From Dickeya dadantii NCPPB 898 (lineage in GTDB: Bacteria > Pseudomonadota > Gammaproteobacteria > Enterobacterales > Enterobacteriaceae): DNA of 32,000 nucleotides. Numbering within the stretch: position 1 is the stretch's first letter; the number at the start of each line of letters is the position of its first letter. Positions 21,771-30,234 of the stretch are shown one piece after another. A model generated the notes under the pieces. The model made no database searches, had not been told where the DNA came from, and saw nothing but the letters and a program-made list of their open reading frames with translations. The DNA lies in contig NZ_CM001976.1 in the NCBI RefSeq assembly GCF_000406145.1, positions 2,555,397 through 2,587,396 on the forward strand, given 5' to 3'. The position numbers and the translations under genes were made by a program.

Positions 21771-23222
21771 TTGAAAAAATCTCCTTTTTCGCTGCGATTT
21801 CGCTTTCTGATCGCGACCGCCGCGGTGGTGCTGGCGCTGACGCTCTCCTACGGTATCGTCGCCGTGGTGGGCTACAGCGTCAGTTTCGATAAAACCTCAT
21901 TTCGCCTGCTACGCGGCGAAAGCAACCTGTTCTACAGCCTGGCGCAATGGCACGATAATCAACTGACCATCGCCACGCCGCCTGAAATCGACATCAATTA
22001 CCCGACGCTGGTGTTTATCTACGATAAGCACGGCAAACTGCTGTGGCGGGAACGCGCCGTCCCAGAGCTGGAATCGCAGATCAAACCGGAATGGCTGGAA
22101 AAAACCGACTATCACGAGCTGGACGCCGACACCAACACCAGTAACGCGGTATTGCAAGGCAGCAACCCGCAGATGCTGGACAAACTGCACGCCTACAGTT
22201 CAGAAGACAAAACGCCGTTCACCCATTCTATCGCCGTCAATGTTTACCCGGCCTCCGAGCGCCTGCCCAAGATGGTGATTGTGGTAGTAGACCGGGTGCC
22301 GCAGGAACTACAACAGGCTGATGTAGTCTGGGAGTGGTTCCGCTACGTGTTTATCGCCCATTTGGTGCTGGTATTGCCGTTGCTGTGGCTGGCGGCGCAC
22401 TGGAGCCTGCGGCCGATCAAACATCTGGTGCATCAGATCAGCGAGCTGGAACACGGCTCCCGCGAGCATCTGGACGAAAATCCGCCGCGGGAATTGAACA
22501 GTCTGGTGCGCAACCTGAATACGTTGCTGAGCAATGAGCGCCAGCGCTATCACAAATACCGCACTACCCTCACCGACCTGACCCACAGCCTGAAAACGCC
22601 GCTGGCCGTGTTGCAAACCACGCTGCGTTCGCTGCGTACCGGTAAAGAACTGACTATCGAGCAGGCCGAACCGATCATGCTGACGCAAATCAGCCGCATC
22701 TCGCAGCAAATCGGCTATTACCTGCATCGCGCCAGCGTGCGAACGGAACATCTGACCATCACGCGGGAAGTGCACTCCGTTCCGGCGCAGTTGGACGCGC
22801 TCTGCTCTGCGCTGAACAAAGTGTACCAGCGTAAAGGCGTGGTGCTGACGATGGACATCGCCCCGGAGCTGACCTTCATCGGCGAGAAAAACGATTTTAT
22901 GGAGGTGATGGGCAACATTCTCGACAACGCCTGTAAATACTGTCTGGAGTTCGTGGAAATCAGTGCCCGTTACTCTGGCCAGAAGCTGCATCTGGTGATT
23001 GAGGACGATGGCCCCGGCATTCCCGACAGCAAACGGGAACTGATTTTCCAGCGCGGGCAGCGGGCGGACACCTTGCGCCCCGGTCAGGGCATCGGGCTGT
23101 CGGTCGCGGCGGAAATCATCGAGCAGTATCAGGGCGAAATTCTGATCGGTACCAGTGCGCTCGGCGGCGCCAAGGTGGAAGCCATTTTCGGCCGCCAGCA
23201 TCTTGGCCAGAATGAGAACTGA
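21771..23222 (+). CDS. phoQ: sensor histidine kinase PhoQ
   Basis: 483 aa beginning at TTG 21771 ([60 protein letters not shown]...). It has the H-box [20 protein letters not shown] and the N/G boxes [19 protein letters not shown] and EDDGPGIP...GQGIGLSVA, collinear with E. coli PhoQ. Confidence 0.93.
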   Translation: MKKSPFSLRFRFLIATAAVVLALTLSYGIVAVVGYSVSFDKTSFRLLRGESNLFYSLAQWHDNQLTIATPPEIDINYPTLVFIYDKHGKLLWRERAVPELESQIKPEWLEKTDYHELDADTNTSNAVLQGSNPQMLDKLHAYSSEDKTPFTHSIAVNVYPASERLPKMVIVVVDRVPQELQQADVVWEWFRYVFIAHLVLVLPLLWLAAHWSLRPIKHLVHQISELEHGSREHLDENPPRELNSLVRNLNTLLSNERQRYHKYRTTLTDLTHSLKTPLAVLQTTLRSLRTGKELTIEQAEPIMLTQISRISQQIGYYLHRASVRTEHLTITREVHSVPAQLDALCSALNKVYQRKGVVLTMDIAPELTFIGEKNDFMEVMGNILDNACKYCLEFVEISARYSGQKLHLVIEDDGPGIPDSKRELIFQRGQRADTLRPGQGIGLSVAAEIIEQYQGEILIGTSALGGAKVEAIFGRQHLGQNEN

Positions 23223-23393
23223 CGCCATCAGGCCTGGCATTAACCGTCTACAATACAGGGAAAACCACCGTCTGCCGGTCGATAAGGTTAAGGGCCTTTT
23301 ACCCCTTCCGCCTCGTCCGTGAATTAAGGACGGGACACCATCACGGCGACTTCGTTATAATCGCCGACAGCTCCCTGTTACTGGAAATGCGTT

Positions 23394-24515
23394 ATGGACT
23401 ACCAACTTAATCTCGACTGGCAGGATTTTCTGACCCACCACTGGCAAAAAAAACCGGTAATCATCAAAGGTGGTTTCCGCCATTTCATCGATCCGATTAC
23501 CCCGGATGAATTAGCCGGGCTCGCCATGGAAAACGAGGTGGACAGCCGACTGGTAAGCCATCAGGACGGCCGCTGGGATGTCAGCCACGGTCCATTCGAA
23601 AGCTACGATCATCTGGGAGAAAGCAACTGGTCTTTGCTGGTGCAGGCGGTCGACCACTGGCATGAACCTTCCGCCGCGCTGATGCGCCCTTTCCGTCAGT
23701 TGCCCGACTGGCGCATTGACGACCTGATGATTTCCTTCTCGGTGCCGGGCGGCGGCGTCGGTCCGCATCTGGATCAGTACGACGTGTTTATCATTCAGGG
23801 CACCGGCCGCCGTCGCTGGCGCGTGGGCGACAAAGTGCCGATGAAGCAGCACTGCCCGCATCCTGACCTGTTGCAGGTCGCCCCATTCGACGCCATTATC
23901 GATGAGGAACTGGAACCCGGCGACATTCTCTATATTCCGCCCAGTTTCCCGCATGAAGGCTATTCGCTGGAAAACTCGCTCAACTACTCGGTAGGCTTCC
24001 GCGCGCCCAGTTCCCGTGAGTTGGTCAGCGGTTTTGCCGACTACGTGCTGTCTCGTGAACTGGGCGGACAGCGCTACAGCGACCCGGACATTCCCGCGCG
24101 TCCACACCCGGCGGACATCCTGCCGCAGGAGCTGGATAAACTACAGCACATGATGCTGGATCTGGTGCAGCATAAAGACGCGTTCCGCCAGTGGTTCGGC
24201 GAATTTGTCTCCCAGTCGCGTCATGAACTGGATCTGGCGCCGCCGGAGCCGCCTTATCAGCCGGGCGAAATGTACGACCTGCTGCAACAGGGCGAAGCGT
24301 TGCGCCGTCTTGGCGGATTGCGGGTGGTGCGTATCGGCGAGGACTGCTTCGTCAACGGCGAGCATCTGGACAGCCGCCAGTCGCAAGCGATCGCCGTGCT
24401 GGCGCAGTACGACGTATTGGATGCCAAACGCCTTGGCGATGCGCTGGACGATCCCTCGTTCCTTGCCCAGTTGACCGCGTTGGTCAACAGCGGTTATTGG
24501 TATTTTGTTGACTGA
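23394..24515 (+). CDS. roxA: JmjC/cupin ribosomal protein uL16 arginine hydroxylase (YcfD/RoxA)
   Basis: 373 aa: MDYQLNLDWQDFLTHHWQKKPVIIKGGF...GGGVGPHLDQYDVFIIQGTGRRRWRVG...GDILYIPPSFPHEGYSL.... It has the same length as E. coli YcfD and the same position (phoQ-ycfD-pepT). Confidence 0.9.
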   Translation: MDYQLNLDWQDFLTHHWQKKPVIIKGGFRHFIDPITPDELAGLAMENEVDSRLVSHQDGRWDVSHGPFESYDHLGESNWSLLVQAVDHWHEPSAALMRPFRQLPDWRIDDLMISFSVPGGGVGPHLDQYDVFIIQGTGRRRWRVGDKVPMKQHCPHPDLLQVAPFDAIIDEELEPGDILYIPPSFPHEGYSLENSLNYSVGFRAPSSRELVSGFADYVLSRELGGQRYSDPDIPARPHPADILPQELDKLQHMMLDLVQHKDAFRQWFGEFVSQSRHELDLAPPEPPYQPGEMYDLLQQGEALRRLGGLRVVRIGEDCFVNGEHLDSRQSQAIAVLAQYDVLDAKRLGDALDDPSFLAQLTALVNSGYWYFVD

Positions 24516-24533
24516 CGGTATTTTGTCGACTGA
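24499..24533 (+). repeat. 18-bp tandem duplication spanning the roxA stop codon
   Basis: GGTATTTTGTTGACTGA (24499-24515, encoding the last codons ..WYFVD* of roxA), then c, then GGTATTTTGTCGACTGA (24517-24533). The two copies match at 16 of 17 positions. Confidence 0.75.
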
Positions 24534-24561
24534 TTAGCGACACCCGATCACCTAAAACACC

Positions 24562-24590
24562 AGAGACGCCATGCGGCGTCTCTTTTTTTT
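24562..24590. terminator. bidirectional rho-independent terminator between convergent roxA and pepT
   Basis: AGAGACGCC-ATGC-GGCGTCTCT with TTTTTTTT on the + strand. An A-run precedes the stem, and GGTGTTTTA follows it on the - strand. Confidence 0.85.
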
Positions 24591-24618
24591 CCAAAACTTT
24601 GCCAAAACCTACAACCCG

Positions 24619-25887
24619 TCAGGCTTTAACCGACACACTCTTGCTGCTGGTGTGCCGGGTTTTGGCCCGTAACGCGGTCAGTTCGGCGATACGCATGATC
24701 ACCGCCACTGCGCTTTCCATCCCTTCCAGCGTGACAAACTCGTGCTTGCCGTGAGCATTGTACCCGCCGGTAAACAGATTCGGGCACGGCAACCCCCGGA
24801 AGGAAAGCTGCGCACCATCGGTGCCGCCGCGAATCGGCTGCATCAGCGGCGTAATGTCGCAATCACGCATCGCCTGCTGCGCCAGCGCGATGATATGCGG
24901 GTACTGTTCCACCTGCTCGCGCATGTTGTAGTAGCTGTCGGTAATTGTGACCTCGATATAACAATCCGGGTGCAACCCTTTACCTACCGTTTCGGCAATC
25001 TCCAGCAGGGTTTTCTTGCGCCGTTCGAAACCGTCGCGCTCAAAATCCCGGATGCTGTAGTGCAGTTCGGCCCGCTCCACCGTCCCTTTCGCGCTGTGCA
25101 GATGATAGAACCCCTGATAACCTTCGGTCTGTTCCGGAACTTCATTAGCCGGCACCAGTTGGTGGAAACGCGTCGCCAGCGACAGCGCATTAACCATTAC
25201 CCCTTTGGCCCAGCCAGGATGCACATTGTTGCCGACAATCTTCACCACCGCCGAGGCGGCATTGAAGTTTTCATACTCCAGTTCGCCCACGCCGCCGCCG
25301 TCCACCGTGTAAGCCCATTCGGCCCGGAACGCCTCAACATCGAAATGCTGCGCGCCCTTGCCCACTTCCTCATCCGGCGTAAAGGCGACGCGAATATCAC
25401 CATGTGGGACCTGCCGTTTTTTCAGCCGCACCAGCGCGGTGATGATCTCCGCGATCCCCGCCTTATCATCGGCGCCCAACAGCGTTTTGCCGTCGGTCGT
25501 AATCAGCGTCTGCCCCAGCAGATGATGCAACACCGGGAACATCACCGGCGACAGCACCTCGTCGCCCACGCCCAGTGCGATATCACCGCCGCGGTAATTC
25601 TCCACAATCTGCGGGTTGACGTGCTTGCCGCTGAAATCCGGCGAGGTATCCATATGCGCGATAAACCCCACCGCCGGCACCGGCCAGGCCACATTACCCG
25701 GTAACGTTGCCATCACACAGCCGTGCTTGCTGAGGGACACCTGCTCAAACCCCAGCTCGGTCAATTCCTGTTGCAACGCCTGCGCCAGTTTTAATTGCCC
25801 TTCGGTACTCGGCACCTGCCGCACACCCGCTTTGGACTGGGTGTCAAACGCGACATAATTTAAAAAACGATCAAGTAATTTTTCCAT
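24619..25887 (-). CDS. pepT: tripeptide aminopeptidase PepT
   Basis: From the ATG at 25885-25887 (GGAGGGGG SD upstream): [38 protein letters not shown]...[17 protein letters not shown]...[23 protein letters not shown]...[40 protein letters not shown]..., collinear with E. coli PepT. It carries about 15 extra C-terminal residues ([15 protein letters not shown]). Confidence 0.95.
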   Translation of the reverse strand: MEKLLDRFLNYVAFDTQSKAGVRQVPSTEGQLKLAQALQQELTELGFEQVSLSKHGCVMATLPGNVAWPVPAVGFIAHMDTSPDFSGKHVNPQIVENYRGGDIALGVGDEVLSPVMFPVLHHLLGQTLITTDGKTLLGADDKAGIAEIITALVRLKKRQVPHGDIRVAFTPDEEVGKGAQHFDVEAFRAEWAYTVDGGGVGELEYENFNAASAVVKIVGNNVHPGWAKGVMVNALSLATRFHQLVPANEVPEQTEGYQGFYHLHSAKGTVERAELHYSIRDFERDGFERRKKTLLEIAETVGKGLHPDCYIEVTITDSYYNMREQVEQYPHIIALAQQAMRDCDITPLMQPIRGGTDGAQLSFRGLPCPNLFTGGYNAHGKHEFVTLEGMESAVAVIMRIAELTALRAKTRHTSSKSVSVKA

Positions 25888-26124
25888 CACCACCCCCTCC
25901 GATGGATTACGTGTTTCATTATGTAGAGGGTGTCAGCGTCAGATATTGCGTCAGGTCAGTTTTTATTGGTTTTCCCCCTGACGCCACCGCTCAGAACGCC
26001 CGTACGGCAGGGCGGATAACACGCCGGCATGCCGACCGCGCCCATCAGGCTCAGCAATTAATTAACAATTTATCAACACGAAGAGACTGGCGAAGCGAGT
26101 CGCCACAAGGCAAGGCAGGAATGG

Positions 26125-26153
26125 AACCCCCAGCCTAGCTGGGGGTTTTCTAT
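26125..26153 (+). terminator. plus-strand-oriented intrinsic terminator with no annotated plus-strand gene
   Basis: AACCCCCAGC (26125-26134) pairs with GCTGGGGGTT (26138-26147), followed by TTTTCTAT on the + strand. On the - strand the hairpin is followed by CCATTCC, with no U-tract. Confidence 0.5.
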
Positions 26154-26197
26154 AGACAATAGGGGCCGACGGCTTGACGCCCGCCGGCCTGCGAAGG

Positions 26198-26422
26198 TTA
26201 CAACCACTCGTAATACTGACCCAGGCTTTTATCGCAGCCGCAGCAACTACCGCATTTGGGCGCGGCCTCGCCGCTGTGAAAGCGGATTTTGCCCTTCTGC
26301 ACCCACACCGCCAGCATCCCTTCCACCACACCGGGATCGGCCTTAAAAGCGGTGCTAATGTCCTGCAGCGACACCTTTTTTCTTTCGCGGACAAAATCCC
26401 GCAATTCCAGTAGCGTCATCAT
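26198..26422 (-). CDS. feoC: FeoC-like small winged-helix / Cys-cluster protein
   Basis: 74 aa: MMTLLELRDFVRERKKVSLQDISTAFKADPGVVEGMLAVWVQKGKIRF....CGSCCGC.... The size, the N-terminal wHTH pattern (compare E. coli FeoC ..[23 protein letters not shown]..), the Cys cluster and the position 35 nt after feoB all fit FeoC. A GGGGAG SD is present. Confidence 0.75.
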   Translation of the reverse strand: MMTLLELRDFVRERKKVSLQDISTAFKADPGVVEGMLAVWVQKGKIRFHSGEAAPKCGSCCGCDKSLGQYYEWL

Positions 26423-26457
26423 GTTCTCCCCGGCGGGCGGCTGGCCCGCCCGACTGG

Positions 26458-28779
26458 TTACTTCGCTTCACCTACCGCCATACGCTGACGTTGCAAGCCA
26501 TTACGGCGCAGCAGCATCACCGTGACGCACAGCATCGCCGCCACCCCCAGCAACGCGCACAGCGAGTACAACGGATGCTGGGCAAAACGCCCGATCTGAT
26601 ACACCACTACCGCGGTGCTATACCCGACCTGAATGGTCCACCCGGCGCAGAACAGCGTCCAGGCGGTTCCCACTTCACGCCAGATGGCCGACACCGCCGC
26701 CACGCAAGGGATGTACAACAACACCATCAGCAAATAGCTGAACGCGCCCAACCGGCCATCAAACATCTGACTAATCACGGTCAGCGAGGTCACGGAAAAC
26801 TTGTTGTCTTTAGCGATGGTGTCGGTATCGGTCAAATCCCCGACGTTGATCCCCATCGGGTTAAGCAGCGCATCGCCCAGCTTGCCCAGGTTTTCCGGAA
26901 TGGTCGCCAGCGCGTCGTGAATACCGCCGGTCAGGCTGAAGGTTTTTTCCTCCTTCGCGCCGCCGCTCTGCGAGGCCGCCATCGCGCCATACAACGAATC
27001 CAGCGTACCGACCACCGCCTCTTTGGCGAAGATTCCGGTGAATACTCCCACCGCCGCCGGCCAGTTCTCCTCCCGAATCCCCATCGGTTTGAATACCGGC
27101 ACGATGGCTTGCCCGACGGCCGACAGCACCGATTTCTGGGTATTCTGGTTGCCGAAGGAACCATCCGTCCCCATCGAGTTAAGGAAACCCAACACCGTCA
27201 CCACCACCACAATCAGCCGCCCGGCGCGTAGCAGGAACCCTTTCAGACGCTCCCAGGTACGGATCAGCACGCTGCGCAGACTGGGCAGATGGTAAGGGGG
27301 AATCTCCATGACAAACGCGGAAGCATCACCTTTCAGCGCGGTGTTTTTCAGCAGAAATCCGGTGGCGATAGCGGCGGCGATCCCGACCAGATACAACCCG
27401 AACACCAGATTCTGTCCGCCTTCGACAAACAACGCCGAGGCAAACAGCACGTATACCGGCAGCCGCGCGCCGCAGGACATAAACGGCGCCATCATCACCG
27501 TGACCACGCGGTCGCTGTGACGCTCCATGGTGCGGGTCGCCATCACGGCGGGCACGTTACAGCCAAAGCCGACAATCAGCGGCACAAACGCCTTACCCGG
27601 CAAACCGATGCTGCGCATAAACCGGTCCATCACAAACGCCGCCCGCGCCATATAACCGGAGTCTTCCAGCCAGGACAGGAACAGATACAGACAGCCGATC
27701 ACCGGAATAAAGGTGGACACGGTCTGAATGCCGCCGCCCACGCCATCCGCCAGCAAGGTTTTCAGCCATTCAGGGGTGTGCAACGCCAGCAGCAGTTCGC
27801 CGAACCCCTCCACCAGCAACGCACCGAACAGCTTGTCGAAGAAATCGATAAACGCGCTGCCGACATTGATGGTGAACACAAACATCAGGTACATCACCAG
27901 CAGGAAGATCGGAATACCAAAAAAACGGTGCAGCACGACGCGGTCGATCTTGTCGGTCAGAGTCGCGGAGACTTCGCCGCGCCGGGTAATCACCTCGCGG
28001 GCCACCGCCCCCACAAACTGATAACGCGCGTCCGCCAGGAAGATATCCAGTTCATCTTCGTATTCCGCCACCAGCCGGGTCACCTGCGCATCGGCAAACG
28101 CCAATGCGTCAGCCGTCACCCGGTTACGCACGGTAACATCGCCTTCCAGCAACTGAATCGCCAGCCAATGCGGATTGCGAATGGCGGGCTGCCCCTGCAA
28201 CCGTTCCGCAATCGCCTGCGCAGCCTGGCTCAGCGGCGCATCGTAAGGAATCGACACCGGCGGAATCACCGGCTGCGCCAGTGCTGCCTGACACACCTCG
28301 TGCAGCATCTCGATGCCTTTTTTCTGGCTGGCGGTAATCGGGATGACCGGACATCCCAATCGCTGCTGCAGACCGGCGATATCAATATCCAGTTTGCGGG
28401 CGGTGGCGATATCCATCATGTTGACGGCCACCACCATCGGCACCTGCATATCCAGCAACTGTGCAGTGAGGTACAGATTACGTTCCAGGTTGGAGGCATC
28501 GACGATATTCAGCACCAGATTGGCTTCACCGGACAGAATGTAATCGCGCGCCACCCGCTCATCTTCCGAACTCTCGGAAGAGGGGTTCAGCGAGTAAACC
28601 CCCGGCAGATCCACCAGCGTCACCTGTTGCTGCTGATAACGGTAGCTGCCGACCTTCTTTTCCACCGTCACGCCCGGCCAGTTGCCGACAGTTTGCTTAC
28701 CGCCGGTCAGGACGTTGAATAACGTCGTTTTGCCACAGTTCGGGTTGCCCACCACGCAAATTACGGGTTGCGTACTCAT
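26458..28779 (-). CDS. feoB: ferrous iron transporter FeoB (N-terminal GTPase plus membrane permease)
   Basis: 773 aa: MSTQPVICVVGNPNCGKTTLFNVLTGGKQTVGNWPGVTVEKKVG...VTLVDLPGVYSL...NIVDASNLERNLYLTAQLL...AVNMMD (G1-G4 motifs), followed by a polytopic membrane domain. An AAGGA SD lies 7 nt upstream. Confidence 0.95.
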   Translation of the reverse strand: MSTQPVICVVGNPNCGKTTLFNVLTGGKQTVGNWPGVTVEKKVGSYRYQQQQVTLVDLPGVYSLNPSSESSEDERVARDYILSGEANLVLNIVDASNLERNLYLTAQLLDMQVPMVVAVNMMDIATARKLDIDIAGLQQRLGCPVIPITASQKKGIEMLHEVCQAALAQPVIPPVSIPYDAPLSQAAQAIAERLQGQPAIRNPHWLAIQLLEGDVTVRNRVTADALAFADAQVTRLVAEYEDELDIFLADARYQFVGAVAREVITRRGEVSATLTDKIDRVVLHRFFGIPIFLLVMYLMFVFTINVGSAFIDFFDKLFGALLVEGFGELLLALHTPEWLKTLLADGVGGGIQTVSTFIPVIGCLYLFLSWLEDSGYMARAAFVMDRFMRSIGLPGKAFVPLIVGFGCNVPAVMATRTMERHSDRVVTVMMAPFMSCGARLPVYVLFASALFVEGGQNLVFGLYLVGIAAAIATGFLLKNTALKGDASAFVMEIPPYHLPSLRSVLIRTWERLKGFLLRAGRLIVVVVTVLGFLNSMGTDGSFGNQNTQKSVLSAVGQAIVPVFKPMGIREENWPAAVGVFTGIFAKEAVVGTLDSLYGAMAASQSGGAKEEKTFSLTGGIHDALATIPENLGKLGDALLNPMGINVGDLTDTDTIAKDNKFSVTSLTVISQMFDGRLGAFSYLLMVLLYIPCVAAVSAIWREVGTAWTLFCAGWTIQVGYSTAVVVYQIGRFAQHPLYSLCALLGVAAMLCVTVMLLRRNGLQRQRMAVGEAK

Positions 28780-28801
28780 AAAAAATCCTTACCTGCCCGG
28801 A

Positions 28802-29029
28802 TTAACATTTTTCCAGAATCAAAATCTGCGCTTCGCCTTTGCGCACGCTGATCGCCGCGCCACGCAGGCGCAGCTCAATCGGGTCGCCCAACGGCGCCAC
28901 GCGCGACACCGAAAACTCCACCCCCGGCGTGACCCCCAGCGCCAACAGACGCTTGCGGTAATCCGCCGATCCTTTCTGAAACCCCAGCACACGCCACTGT
29001 GTGCCCACCGCCAATGCTTCCAGTGTCAT
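28802..29029 (-). CDS. feoA: FeoA-domain protein (feoB-proximal copy)
   Basis: 75 aa: MTLEALAVGTQWRVLGFQKGSADYRKRLLALGVTPGVEFSVSRVAPLGDPIELRLRGAAISVRKGEAQILILEKC. This is the typical FeoA SH3-like pattern. The stop lies 22 nt before the feoB ATG. Confidence 0.85.
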   Translation of the reverse strand: MTLEALAVGTQWRVLGFQKGSADYRKRLLALGVTPGVEFSVSRVAPLGDPIELRLRGAAISVRKGEAQILILEKC

Positions 29030-29151
29030 CGCTGTGTTGACCTCATACCTATTGTTGCGTCTGTTGCGTCAGAGTAACGACCGTTGTCGTGAACCCGTAG
29101 TTATCAAATGATGGTCATAAACCTGTGGTTATAAACCGATAGTTAGGCTGA

Positions 29152-29391
29152 TTATTGCTGCGGCGACACCCACACCTGCTTGCCCATCTCCCAGTTGATC
29201 GCCACCCGGCTGTCGCCGGAGGCCAGCATCAACGGCTGATTGGCGTCGCGCTGAATCACGCGCACCTGCCCGCCGACGCGGATGCCAAGCTCGGTCAGCC
29301 GCTGCTGGTATTCGCCTGTCGAACGAATTCGCGCCACCACGGCATTCACGTTAAGGGGGAGATCAAGCAGCGTTTGAAGACTCAGGGCCAT
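29152..29391 (-). CDS. feoA: second FeoA-domain protein (promoter-proximal copy)
   Basis: From the ATG at 29389-29391 (AAGGA 8 nt upstream): MALSLQTLLDLPLNVNAVVARIRSTGEYQQRLTELGIRVGGQVRVIQRDANQPLMLASGDSRVAINWEMGKQVWVSPQQ (79 aa). It shows the same FeoA pattern (L..G.....R......RL..LG...G..v.v......P......g..iai......i.V). The track start is a TTG 13 codons upstream. Confidence 0.75.
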   Translation of the reverse strand: MALSLQTLLDLPLNVNAVVARIRSTGEYQQRLTELGIRVGGQVRVIQRDANQPLMLASGDSRVAINWEMGKQVWVSPQQ

Positions 29392-29459
29392 ACGACAATC
29401 CTTCACTGACAGTGTGCGGCATCCCGCCAACCCACTGGCGGTAATCCATCAAAGCAAGT

Positions 29460-29478
29460 AATAACGATTATCAATCAT
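29460..29478. promoter_or_regulatory. Fur box in the feo promoter
   Basis: The minus strand reads ATGATTGATAATCGTTATT. Compared with the Fur consensus GATAATGATAATCATTATC it matches 13 of 19 positions, with a perfect central TGATAATC. It lies 70-90 nt upstream of the first feoA. Confidence 0.6.
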
Positions 29479-29500
29479 ATTCTTGTTGACAAGCCGCCCC

Positions 29501-29514
29501 TTGACGCACGTCAA
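29501..29514. promoter_or_regulatory. FNR-type palindrome upstream of the Fur box
   Basis: TTGACGCACGTCAA compared with the FNR consensus TTGAT-N4-ATCAA matches 8 of 10 positions and is perfectly symmetric. It sits within the longer palindrome CCCTTGACGCACGTCAAGGG. E. coli feoABC is FNR-activated and Fur-repressed. Confidence 0.5.
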
Positions 29515-29691
29515 GGGAGGTGAAGATTGGGGGAGTGGTGGTAAGGTATGGGGTTTATGTGTGAAGCCACAGTAAGGAAAATTATGCTATCGGTTACGTC
29601 CCTGACGGTAGCAGAGCAAGGACAAATCGCCGCCACAGTTCATGCTGAAGGGCCGTTGGCTGAGAGACTGGATTCAGTTGAGATTATTATC

Positions 29692-30234
29692 ATGAGCAAA
29701 AAAAACACAGATATCAGTAAGTTTTTAAGTTACATATTACGCCATGAACCTGAAGTCATAGGTTTATCTTTGGACAAAGAAGGGTGGGCTATTATAAGCG
29801 ATCTTATCCTTTGCGCCGTTAAAGAAGGCTATACACTCGATAATAGTCTTATTCATAGTATCGTGGATAATAGTGATAAAAAACGCTTTACGATTTCAGA
29901 TGATGGATTACGTATCCGGGCAGCTCAAGGGCATTCATCGCAACAGGTAAATATAACGTATGAAGAAAAAATCCCTCCCGAGTTTTTATATCATGGAACT
30001 GCAACACGATTCCTAATATCAATTCGCGCTCAGGGATTACATGCAAAAGATCGACAATATGTCCATCTATCTGCCGATAAAGAGACAGCAATTCAAGTTG
30101 GAAGTCGGCATGGAAAACCGATTGCACTAAAAATAAAAGCCCTGACTATGTATGAACAGGGCTTTAAGTTTTATCAAGCAGACAATGCCGTCTGGCTAAC
30201 TGATTCTGCTCCCCATCAATACATTGATGAATAA
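29692..30234 (+). CDS. kptA: RNA 2'-phosphotransferase (Tpt1/KptA family)
   Basis: From the ATG at 29692: MSKKNTDISKFLSYILRHEPEVIGLSLDKEGWAIISDLILCAVKEGY...SDKKRFTISDDGLRIRAAQGHSSQQVNITYEEKIPPEFLYHGTATRFLISIRAQGL..DRQYVHLSADKETAIQVGSRHGKPIALKIKA...FYQADNAVWLT (180 aa). It is collinear with E. coli KptA (..[82 protein letters not shown]..), and the catalytic R-H...R...R residues are present. The frame is open upstream, so alternative starts are the ATG at 29584 (strong TAAGGA SD) or 29548. Confidence 0.87.
   Translation: MSKKNTDISKFLSYILRHEPEVIGLSLDKEGWAIISDLILCAVKEGYTLDNSLIHSIVDNSDKKRFTISDDGLRIRAAQGHSSQQVNITYEEKIPPEFLYHGTATRFLISIRAQGLHAKDRQYVHLSADKETAIQVGSRHGKPIALKIKALTMYEQGFKFYQADNAVWLTDSAPHQYIDE

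Noticed and set aside
26063-26076. FNR site for pepT (minus strand TTGATAAATTGTTA)
   Set aside because: The left half (TTGAT) is perfect, but the right half (TGTTA versus ATCAA) is not. It also lies about 175 nt from the pepT ATG.
25902-26138. 78-aa + ORF in the pepT-feoC spacer; also the overlapping ORFs 26062-26394 (-) and 26174-26413 (+)
   Set aside because: The 25902-26138 ORF is Arg/Ala-rich with no SD. The other two overlap feoC out of frame or antisense.
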